IMG/VR virus record: IMGVR_UViG_2595698399_000001
Span: 8,535-72,534 of that record
From: a virus
Taxonomy: Duplodnaviria; Caudoviricetes
Length of the DNA: 64,000 nt
Direction: 5' to 3' (one strand)
In this document: positions 28,079 to 35,036 of the stretch, piece after piece
How the letters are laid out: each line of letters opens with the position of its first letter
Numbering within the stretch: position 1 is the first letter of the stretch
Position numbers and translations under genes: made by a program
Notes under the pieces: model-generated
Told to the model about the DNA's origin: nothing
Databases searched by the model: none
What the model saw: only the letters and a program-made list of their open reading frames with translations

Positions 28079-28151
28079 TGGAGTAAGCCTAGGTAGGTTA
28101 GCACGTCTTATATGCGTGTGGAGATGGGTTCGATTCCCTCTATTCCAACTA
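28079..28151 (+). tRNA. tRNA-Ile(TAT), short D-arm
   Basis: CACGT-CTTATAT-GCGTG; acceptor TGGAGTA as in tRNA-Ile(GAT). Confidence 0.7.
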
Positions 28152-28170
28152 TTTATAAAATAAAAAGATA

Positions 28171-28205
28171 TAAGTTTTTTTATATCAAAAAAAGTTGTAT
28201 ATTTA
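28171..28205 (+). promoter_or_regulatory. tRNA operon 2 promoter (repeat copy 2 of 3)
   Basis: TAAGTTTTTTTATATCAAAAAAAGTTGTATATTTA. Confidence 0.75.
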
Positions 28206-28209
28206 CAAT

Positions 28210-28299
28210 ATGAAAACAAACATGACATACAATAATTTCTCTTGGTATTCGAATTGTAGCTTTAGTAGCTATAATGTCGAGAGGTTGTACTTGTCTTAA
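28210..28299 (+). CDS. putative attenuator leader peptide 2 (MKTNMTYNNFSWYSNCSFSSYNVERLYLS)
   Basis: Codons 7-22 use only Y/N/F/S/W/C, the operon-2 amino acids. Confidence 0.8.
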   Translation: MKTNMTYNNFSWYSNCSFSSYNVERLYLS

Positions 28300-28348
28300 A
28301 AATATATTCATTTCTTTTATTAATTTTTGATTATTAATTTTGATTTTT

Positions 28349-28390
28349 ACCCTCTTGGTCTTTCATAGCTAGGAGGGTTTTTTGTTTTTT
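28349..28390 (+). terminator. attenuator terminator 2
   Basis: ACCCTCTTGGT-loop-GCTAGGAGGGT-TTTTTGTTTTTT before tRNA-Tyr. Confidence 0.8.
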
Positions 28391-28396
28391 ATAACT

Positions 28397-28481
28397 TGCA
28401 ACGTAAAGCTAGTGGTTCTAGCAGGCTGTCTGTAAAACAGTTCTTGAGAGGGGAGTGGTTCGATTCCGCACGGTGCAACAA
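28397..28481 (+). tRNA. tRNA-Tyr(GTA)
   Basis: GCTGT-CTGTAAA-ACAGT; long variable arm. Confidence 0.8.
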
Positions 28482-28485
28482 TAAT

Positions 28486-28578
28486 GGAAGAGTAAGCCAA
28501 GTAGGTCTACTGGTCGCTGTCTTGAAAACAGTTGGGGTTTAAAAGCCCGTGTGGGTTCGAGCCCCACTTCTTCCGCAT
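28486..28578 (+). tRNA. tRNA-Ser(TGA)
   Basis: GCTGT-CTTGAAA-ACAGT; long variable arm; G73. Confidence 0.85.
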
Positions 28579-28580
28579 TT

Positions 28581-28668
28581 AGAGAGGTGTCTGAGTGGCT
28601 TAAGGTACTACTTTGCTAAAGTAGTGGGGTTAACGCCTCCGAGGGTTCGAATCCCTTCTTCTCTACAA
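28581..28668 (+). tRNA. tRNA-Ser(GCT)
   Basis: CTACT-TTGCTAA-AGTAG; long variable arm. Confidence 0.85.
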
Positions 28669-28674
28669 ACACAC

Positions 28675-28749
28675 GGCTAGGTAGCTCAGAGGAAGAGCAG
28701 GCGCCTGTTAAGCGTCAGGTCGAGATATCGTAATTCTCCCTAGCCTCTT
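28675..28749 (+). tRNA. tRNA-Asn(GTT)
   Basis: GGCGC-CTGTTAA-GCGTC; atypical T-loop. Confidence 0.8.
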
Positions 28750-28753
28750 TAAT

Positions 28754-28828
28754 ATGTCTCAGCATAAGGTATGCAGTCGGTCTCCAAAACCGTACATGGA
28801 CAAGGTTCGATTCCTTGGGGGCGTGCAA
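28754..28828 (+). tRNA. tRNA-Trp(CCA), short D-arm
   Basis: CGGT-CTCCAAA-ACCG; CAAGG-TTCGATT-CCTTG; G73. Confidence 0.75.
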
Positions 28829-28905
28829 TAAAACAACAGAGCATCCTATAATGTAAAGGAGCCGCCATAAAATCCGAGAGAAGGTCTTGGCTGTTGTTTT
28901 TTAAT

Positions 28906-28981
28906 GCGTTAGAAGCTAACTTGGTAGAAGCACTGGCTTGAAATCCCAGAGGAGTAGGTTCGATTCCTACCTATCGCACTT
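28906..28981 (+). tRNA. tRNA-Phe(GAA)
   Basis: CTGGC-TTGAAAT-CCCAG. Confidence 0.8.
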
Positions 28982-28984
28982 ATA

Positions 28985-29057
28985 TCGGAGATCCTGACGG
29001 AGAAGGGGCCTGTCTGCAAAACTGCGCTATACCGGTTCAATTCCGGTCTCCGATTCT
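28985..29057 (+). tRNA. tRNA-Cys(GCA), divergent anticodon stem
   Basis: Loop CTGCAAA; TCGGAGA/TCTCCGA acceptor with U73. Confidence 0.65.
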
Positions 29058-29106
29058 TATGTTTGTATTTTTCGTACCTTTACTACTTAACGTTAAACAA
29101 ACAACA

Positions 29107-29400
29107 ATGAGAAGAACTACAAGAAAAACTGTGCCAACTAATAAAACTGCGCCTAAGAAAAACGTAACAATCAAATCTGATAAGAGTAGTGTTGCAAGTA
29201 CCAAGGCTAAAAAATACACTGTTAAGACAAGTGGCAAGCTTAAGAAAGAAGAAGAAGCTAGAGGAACTAGGGGTCGTAATGACGCCAATAGATCTGCAGC
29301 CTTTAAGAAAGATGTAGAGAAGGCCGGAGGTATGAGTGCATATACTAAGAAATTAACTGATGCAAAGAAGAGGGTCAAGAAGAATCCAACAAGAATCTAA
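29107..29400 (+). CDS. highly basic small protein
   Basis: MRRTTRKTVPTNK...; K/R-rich; preceded by TACCTTTA -7-like element. Confidence 0.7.
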   Translation: MRRTTRKTVPTNKTAPKKNVTIKSDKSSVASTKAKKYTVKTSGKLKKEEEARGTRGRNDANRSAAFKKDVEKAGGMSAYTKKLTDAKKRVKKNPTRI

Positions 29401-29412
29401 TATAAAACAGTA

Positions 29413-29448
29413 TAAGTTTTTTTATATCAAAAAAAAGTTGTATATTTA
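29413..29448 (+). promoter_or_regulatory. tRNA operon 3 promoter (repeat copy 3 of 3)
   Basis: TAAGTTTTTTTATATCAAAAAAAAGTTGTATATTTA. Confidence 0.75.
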
Positions 29449-29452
29449 CAAT

Positions 29453-29542
29453 ATGAACGTAACGCTATTACATCAAGAGCCCTTAGAACAACTTCGATTA
29501 CCATCGAGGGTGCCTTATTATGGGATTGATGAACTATCATAG
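29453..29542 (+). CDS. putative attenuator leader peptide 3 (MNVTLLHQEPLEQLRLPSRVPYYGIDELS)
   Basis: Codons 5-17 use only L/H/Q/E/P/R(CGA), the operon-3 amino acids. Confidence 0.8.
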   Translation: MNVTLLHQEPLEQLRLPSRVPYYGIDELS

Positions 29543-29565
29543 TTTACAACGCACAATATCCTATT

Positions 29566-29602
29566 AAGAGCCCCTTTGGTATAAACCATTGGGGCTTTTT
29601 TT
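29566..29602 (+). terminator. attenuator terminator 3
   Basis: AAGAGCCCC-TTTGGTATAAACCATT-GGGGCTTTTTTT before tRNA-Pro. Confidence 0.8.
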
Positions 29603-29606
29603 ATTT

Positions 29607-29681
29607 CGAGTAGTGACAAAATTGGCACGTGCCGACCTTGGACGTCGGAGAATGCAGGTTCGATCCCTGCCTACTCGACTT
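29607..29681 (+). tRNA. tRNA-Pro(TGG)
   Basis: CCGAC-CTTGGAC-GTCGG. Confidence 0.85.
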
Positions 29682-29687
29682 TGATTT

Positions 29688-29765
29688 GCTATCGTCTTCT
29701 AAATGGAATAGGAATCCACCCTTTCAAGGTGTGCAATGCGAGTTCAAGTCTCGTCGATAGTACGA
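29688..29765 (+). tRNA. tRNA-Glu(TTC)
   Basis: CACC-CTTTCAA-GGTG. Confidence 0.8.
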
Positions 29766-29808
29766 AGGTTGTTTGCTAGTATCTCCCAACAAAGTAGAAA
29801 CTAGACAT

Positions 29809-29883
29809 TGGAGTATGATGTAACGGTTAGCATGACTGGTTTTGAGCCAGTTCGTCGGGGTTCGAATCCCTGTACTCCATCTT
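29809..29883 (+). tRNA. tRNA-Gln(TTG)
   Basis: ACTGG-TTTTGAG-CCAGT. Confidence 0.85.
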
Positions 29884-29891
29884 ATAAGAGT

Positions 29892-29968
29892 CCTCCGTTG
29901 CGCCAAATTGGAAAGGCGGTCAAGCTGTGAACTTGATTACATGGGTTCGATTCCCATACGGTTGTCCA
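29892..29968 (+). tRNA. tRNA-His(GTG), mismatched acceptor stem
   Basis: TCAAG-CTGTGAA-CTTGA; good D and T arms; acceptor CCTCCGT/ACGGTTG has two mismatches. Confidence 0.65.
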
Positions 29969-30004
29969 ACACGGGGTAGTGTCATAATGTCATACCCCTT
30001 TTAT

Positions 30005-30090
30005 GCCGGAGTGAGTAAAAAAGAGAATGGCAGATCATTGGGTCTTAGAAACCCAGACTTTTGGGGGTTCGAATCCCTCCTCCGGTACTT
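30005..30090 (+). tRNA. tRNA-Leu(TAG)
   Basis: TGGGT-CTTAGAA-ACCCA. Confidence 0.75.
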
Positions 30091-30096
30091 ATTAAT

Positions 30097-30182
30097 GCAT
30101 CCATGGTGGAAAGGGCTATACACTACAGGCTTAAAACCTGTCGCCGAAAGGATTGGGGGTTCGAATCCCTCTGGATGCACTT
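30097..30182 (+). tRNA. tRNA-Leu(TAA)
   Basis: ACAGG-CTTAAAA-CCTGT; long variable arm. Confidence 0.85.
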
Positions 30183-30186
30183 TCAC

Positions 30187-30261
30187 ACTTCTATAGCTTA
30201 ACGGAAAAGCGTTCCGCTACGAACGGATAGATTGGGGGTTCGAATCCCTCTAGAAGTTCTT
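30187..30261 (+). tRNA. tRNA-Arg(ACG)
   Basis: TCCG-CTACGAA-CGGA. Confidence 0.85.
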
Positions 30262-30265
30262 AAAC

Positions 30266-30298
30266 AAAAAAAGCCATCTAATTAAAGGTGGCTTTCTT
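30266..30298. terminator. terminator closing the tRNA array (possibly bidirectional)
   Basis: AAAAAAAGCCATCT-AATTAA-AGGTGGCTTTCTT. Confidence 0.7.
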
Positions 30299-31049
30299 AT
30301 TTTCAACTGGTGGTTGGTGCTAGGCTAATTTGGATTTGCCCCTAATTTTAAAAGATAGGGCATCCTTCACCTTGCTATTTTTTCGTTTATAAACTCGAGC
30401 AGTCGAATCTTCTTTCTTAGAATCCAACTTACTATTCTTCTTACTTTCTATTTTATGGTCTTTATATCTCATATCTTATCTCGGGGCTAGGTTATCTATA
30501 TTCTATTATATCTATATTTATTATCTAATAATATACTTTAGGTAATCCTCTCTGGATATAGCTTCGCTAAAGAGTAAAACCCGTTAGAGTGATACAATTT
30601 AGACGAAAACATATAACTTAATTTGGTTTAGAAGCTTGCGCTCTTTAGTATAAACCTCCTGTTATAATGGGAGCCATAAATGGCGGAGGAATTGCCTCTC
30701 TTACTCCAAACACTCCTCAGTGTTCCTTCGCTCGAATAACTATCTTAGCACGCCTATCCTTGGCCAGAACGATATGTAGCCCGACTAACTACTTCCCTAT
30801 TCGCTAGGTTCTTTATCTTCGGTACTTAGTTTGAGTAAGTCAAACCCTTAGAAACTCTTCGTATGTAATATGTTGTAAATATAGTAAAAATAAAGCGTGT
30901 ATGCAAATATACAAATAATTATTTTATACTTTTTTACCCCCCCCAAATAATTTAATTATGTAAAACGCTAATAGTCAACAACTTATAAAATAAATTAAAA
31001 ATAATTGAAAATAAATTAGGTTTAACAGACTTTATGTACTATCTTTGTA

Positions 31050-31280
31050 ATGAGCAAAACAAAAACAATTTGTATTATGAAAGATTTTATAGGCGTAGGA
31101 TTAAAGATTGGAGATAAGGTAGGATTTGTTGTACCGAGGTACAGAACCCTTAAAGAGGGTACTATATTAAAACTAGGTAATAAGATGGCCACCATAGGAT
31201 ATCCTGATAGCAAAGGAAAAGAAGTTAAGGTTACTAGATACTACTCACAAGTAGTTTTCGTAGGGAGTGCCACTAAGTAA
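31050..31280 (+). CDS. small hypothetical protein
   Basis: MKDFIGVGLKIGDKVGF...; SH3-like composition. Confidence 0.65.
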   Translation: MSKTKTICIMKDFIGVGLKIGDKVGFVVPRYRTLKEGTILKLGNKMATIGYPDSKGKEVKVTRYYSQVVFVGSATK

Positions 31281-31309
31281 TCAAATAAAATAATCAAAAA
31301 TTAATAAAG

Positions 31310-32023
31310 ATGGATAATAAGAAATACGTAGCATACTACAGGGCGTCGACAGAAAGCCAAAGAGATGGAATAGGTCTAGAAGTTCAAAAGAGTTCGGTAG
31401 AGGCGTTTGTTAAGTCTTACGGCGGAACTATAGTAGAAGAGGTTAGCGAGATAATCTCGGGTGGGGCCCAAGTTCGAGAAGGATTTGATAAGGCATTAGA
31501 ACTTTGTAAGAAACACTCTGCGGTATTACTGGTTCACCGCATAGATAGATTATCTAGAGCAGGGTTTATGACCATAGCAAAGCTAGAGGAGAAGGGTGTT
31601 CCTTTTATAGAAGCTGATTCACCTCACGATAGCGAGTTCTCTAAAAACATCAAGTTCTTAATTGCTAAAGAAGAAAAAGATAAAACTCAGAGAAGGGTAA
31701 AAGACGCCTTAGGCCAGATAAAGGCCAATATAGAATCTGACGGATACCATATTACTAAAGCCGGTGATCGAATCACTTCTTTAGGCAACCCTCAGAATCT
31801 CTCTGATATGGCCAGAGAGCGCTCTAAAGTAATTAGAAAGGCAAAGGCCATTGCTAACGAGAACAACCGTAGAGCGTACGCTATGGCATCTAGAATGAAG
31901 TCTAACAAGAGTACTTTAAAGCAGATAGCAGATTACCTTAATAAAAACGGATTTGAAACATCTAAAGGAAATAAATTTTACCCAATACAAGTAAGCAACT
32001 TAATCAAATTATATGAAAACTAA
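31310..32023 (+). CDS. serine recombinase/resolvase
   Basis: YVAYYRASTESQ (catalytic Ser), LLVHRIDRLSR, C-terminal LKQIADYLNKNGF.T.KG. Confidence 0.9.
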   Translation: MDNKKYVAYYRASTESQRDGIGLEVQKSSVEAFVKSYGGTIVEEVSEIISGGAQVREGFDKALELCKKHSAVLLVHRIDRLSRAGFMTIAKLEEKGVPFIEADSPHDSEFSKNIKFLIAKEEKDKTQRRVKDALGQIKANIESDGYHITKAGDRITSLGNPQNLSDMARERSKVIRKAKAIANENNRRAYAMASRMKSNKSTLKQIADYLNKNGFETSKGNKFYPIQVSNLIKLYEN

Positions 32024-32195
32024 TATGAAAGTTAATATAGAGAATTTAATCGATAAGAGTCCTAGGGAGTTGAACATCCTTAAGAAAGAGTATTTAGATA
32101 ACATGGATTTCGTAAGCGCTTGCGAGGTAAAGAGCTTCGCTAGGCATTGTACAAAAATAAAAATGTTGGTGAAAAGGGGGGGTCAAGAACAATAA
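32013..32195 (+). CDS. small hypothetical protein
   Basis: 60 aa, overlaps the recombinase stop. Confidence 0.45.
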   Translation: MKTNMKVNIENLIDKSPRELNILKKEYLDNMDFVSACEVKSFARHCTKIKMLVKRGGQEQ

Positions 32196-32244
32196 AATAA
32201 AAGGGTTATCTTTGTAGTGTAACAAATTATAAACAACACAAACA

Positions 32245-32787
32245 ATGGGAAAAGGAATAGCAGCATTATCGTACTTACCTAAAGTAGATATTTTATTCCC
32301 TGCAGAAAACGCAGCTTGTTCAACTGACGCTCTTAAAGGGGCAGCATTCTTAGTTTCAAAACTACAAGCAAACGGTACCGCAGACGGAACATACTCTAAC
32401 TTAATATCAAAAGGTAACTCTCCTTACAGCACATCTAAGTGGACTGTAGTGGTAGCAGACTCAGGAACTACATTTACATGTACTTTCGTAGAAGAAGAAA
32501 CAGTTCAATCAGGGGCTAGCGGTAGATCTGCATTGACTACAAGACGTCCTGTAAGTTTAGTTAGAGCTACCGGAGGTACTTTCGACTTTAACACAAGGTC
32601 AGTATTGGCACTTATAAACTTCATTGAGAAGATGGAGGATAAGGTAGCACAGACAGCCGACGATAACGCAGGAGATGGCACTTTAACAGAGCTGACTCTA
32701 AGAGGGTTCACACCTTTCGACGCATTTGTTTGGACTATCACTAAGCTAGACGATGTATATACAGTAGTGTCTACAGAAGGATCATAA
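32245..32787 (+). CDS. hypothetical protein, possibly structural (own promoter and terminator)
   Basis: 180 aa; TATCTTTG upstream; hairpin at 32809-32842. Confidence 0.7.
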   Translation: MGKGIAALSYLPKVDILFPAENAACSTDALKGAAFLVSKLQANGTADGTYSNLISKGNSPYSTSKWTVVVADSGTTFTCTFVEEETVQSGASGRSALTTRRPVSLVRATGGTFDFNTRSVLALINFIEKMEDKVAQTADDNAGDGTLTELTLRGFTPFDAFVWTITKLDDVYTVVSTEGS

Positions 32788-32881
32788 TAACATAAACACC
32801 AACCAACCAAAGAGTTAAGGCCAAAAGCTTTAGCTCTTTTTTCATTTGTATATGTCAGGTAAATTACTTACCTTTACTACA

Positions 32882-33427
32882 ATGGATGACAAATTAATTA
32901 AAAGGAGAGAGCACGAAGGCTTCGTCCATGAGAGGATAACAGAAGATATCTTATTTAAAAGGATGGCATTAAAGAAGCAGAAAGATTATAAGAAGAAGGT
33001 AAGGGTTGCTAATTTAGATTACAACTTCTTGCAGTACTCTTATATGGTAAGGGAGTGGGCTAAGAGAAACCACAACCTGACAGATAGGCAGATAGGGATA
33101 CTCTTCTACATATATCCACTACAAATATTTACAGTCCAACAATTTAAAGACGCTATTAAAGAGATGGGAATAAGTGATTATACTCAGTTCGGAAAATTAC
33201 GTAAAGAGGGTTGGATAATAGAGTGGGCCAAATCTGAGAGAATAAAGTACTTCGTATTAAGCCACAAAGGAAACGAGCTAATGAAGAGGTGCCACAAGAT
33301 GTTCATGTTGGAGGAGGAGATACCAATGAGCGCTAGGAGAAATGTAATAGTGAGGAGTAACAAAAAAGCAGACGAAGGGTTAATAGGGCTTTTCAAATTA
33401 TTTAACGACAAAGTAAAAAACAAGTAG
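32882..33427 (+). CDS. putative winged-HTH DNA-binding protein
   Basis: LTDRQIGILFYI...KLRKEGWIIEW...YFVLSHKG resembles MarR-type wHTH. Confidence 0.55.
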   Translation: MDDKLIKRREHEGFVHERITEDILFKRMALKKQKDYKKKVRVANLDYNFLQYSYMVREWAKRNHNLTDRQIGILFYIYPLQIFTVQQFKDAIKEMGISDYTQFGKLRKEGWIIEWAKSERIKYFVLSHKGNELMKRCHKMFMLEEEIPMSARRNVIVRSNKKADEGLIGLFKLFNDKVKNK

Positions 33428-33428
33428 T

Positions 33429-33890
33429 ATGGCAACAGCAAAAAACAGTAAAGCAAAGACAACAGCAGCGACAAAGGCAGAAGATAAGGTAGAGGCTAGC
33501 CACAAAGCTAAGCTAAAGGAGGTAGACAACACTCCGGAGAAGTTAGAAAGTGACAGATTAAGCAACATCGCAAAAACGTGTCACGAGGTGAACCGAGCGT
33601 ATTGCGAGGGTCATAATGATATGTCACAAGCCCCTTGGGAAGAGGTTCCAGATAATATTAAAAACTCTGCTATAGACGGTGTTAAGTTCGCACTAGCTAA
33701 TCCAAAAGCAACATCAAAATCTATGCACGACAACTGGCTTGCGTTTAAGATAGAAGACGGTTGGGTGTACGGAGAGACTAAAGATATTGAGAAAAAAGAA
33801 CACAATTGTTTAGTTGCATATGAGGAACTTCCTCTAGCTCAGAGGGTTAAAGACAGTTTGTTCCTAACAGTAGTTAGAAGTTTTGAGTAA
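33429..33890 (+). CDS. RyR-domain protein
   Basis: CHEVNRAYC...WEE.P...HDNW...K...GWVYGE.KD..KKEHNCLVAYEELP. Confidence 0.8.
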   Translation: MATAKNSKAKTTAATKAEDKVEASHKAKLKEVDNTPEKLESDRLSNIAKTCHEVNRAYCEGHNDMSQAPWEEVPDNIKNSAIDGVKFALANPKATSKSMHDNWLAFKIEDGWVYGETKDIEKKEHNCLVAYEELPLAQRVKDSLFLTVVRSFE

Positions 33891-33987
33891 TATAAACCTA
33901 TTTTAGAAAGGAGGTTAACTAGAGGCAAGGGGGGTTCATTTATGTTCCTCCCTTTTTTTGTACCTTTACATTAAAATTTATATAAAT

Positions 33988-34263
33988 ATGGCACCACCAA
34001 AAAAGAAGGGCGCTTTAAGTAAATCAGCTAAATTTTATAGGGATAATCCTACAGCTAGAAAGAAAAAAGCAGCCGACGATAAAAAAATAAACGCAAGACC
34101 AGAACAGAAAAAGAAAAGATCTGAATCAGGGTCGAAGAGATACGCTGCTAAAAAGTCCGGCAAGAATATTTCTGGAAAAGACTACGATCATGCGGTAGGG
34201 AAGTTTGTTTCTTCTTCTACTAACAGAGGTAGAAAAGGAGAAGGCGGACGGAAGAAAAAATAA
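33988..34263 (+). CDS. basic protein, degenerate HNH-like
   Basis: GKDYDH...SSTNRGR; K/R-rich. Confidence 0.55.
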   Translation: MAPPKKKGALSKSAKFYRDNPTARKKKAADDKKINARPEQKKKRSESGSKRYAAKKSGKNISGKDYDHAVGKFVSSSTNRGRKGEGGRKKK

Positions 34264-34266
34264 CTA

Positions 34267-34632
34267 ATGAATACATTGATAGCTAAACTTAAACAAAAAG
34301 AAGATAGTTTAATTACATACGATGTAGCTAGTACCCATACAACCGGAAAGAGGATAGAATTGGTAAGCGGACTTTTTACAGAAAGGTTGCCAAGCATGGA
34401 TGACACATTATTCTTTAGGGGTGAGTTAAAGGCAGGTAAAATAGTCGAGTCTCACCACCATGATTGCATAGAGGAGTTAGTAGTTTACAGCGGAGTGTTA
34501 AGAGAATTGGTCACAGGATTAGAATTAAAGAATTTTGGAAGGCTGATAATACCTATAGGACAATGTCACATACTGTACGCCGAAAAAGATTGCGTTTTTT
34601 ACGCCCACCTACATAAACCCCAAACAAAGTAA
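34267..34632 (+). CDS. cupin-like protein
   Basis: HHHDCIEELVVYSG...IIPIGQCH. Confidence 0.6.
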   Translation: MNTLIAKLKQKEDSLITYDVASTHTTGKRIELVSGLFTERLPSMDDTLFFRGELKAGKIVESHHHDCIEELVVYSGVLRELVTGLELKNFGRLIIPIGQCHILYAEKDCVFYAHLHKPQTK

Positions 34633-35027
34633 TGGAATTTGAAGTAATAGAAAAAATAGGTATTGGAGTACTTGGATTAGTCTCTACGATAATAGCCCTT
34701 AACAAAGATATGATACAAAGCTCTTTCAGTAGGAAGAGTAATACCGTATCCATAGATGTTAGTAAAGAGGATTTAGAAAGCATGCAACTAAAAAATGTAG
34801 AGCACGAGATCAACATTTATAGGGGGCTACTAGATGATATGGTTACCCGTCACAAGGCGACCATAATAGATTTACAAGACAGCTTCGCAGAGTCTCTTTC
34901 TAGATTAGAAGGTAAGATAGAAGAGCTTAATAACTTGGTACTAGAGCAAAAAGGGTTTATAGAAAAGCAAAGTAAGAGGTTGCACTTCTATGAAAAGAAA
35001 TTCGGAAAGATAAACGACCATATATAA
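34632..35027 (+). CDS. putative holin-like membrane/coiled-coil protein
   Basis: N-terminal hydrophobic helix plus coiled coil, directly before the endolysin. Confidence 0.5.
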   Translation: MEFEVIEKIGIGVLGLVSTIIALNKDMIQSSFSRKSNTVSIDVSKEDLESMQLKNVEHEINIYRGLLDDMVTRHKATIIDLQDSFAESLSRLEGKIEELNNLVLEQKGFIEKQSKRLHFYEKKFGKINDHI

Positions 35028-35036
35028 AAAAGAAAG

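Noticed and set aside
29360-29452. N-terminal extension of ORF 29360..29542
   Set aside because: It runs through the promoter repeat; the plausible start is ATG 29453.
26780-30196. ORF-track entries over the tRNA array (26780..26962, 27228..27425, 28007..28228, 29724..29906, 29927..30196, 30001..30186)
   Set aside because: They overlap tRNA genes and are shadows of tRNA sequence.
26885-30261. Most tRNA genes lack encoded CCA
   Set aside because: Common where a host CCA-adding enzyme completes the 3' end.
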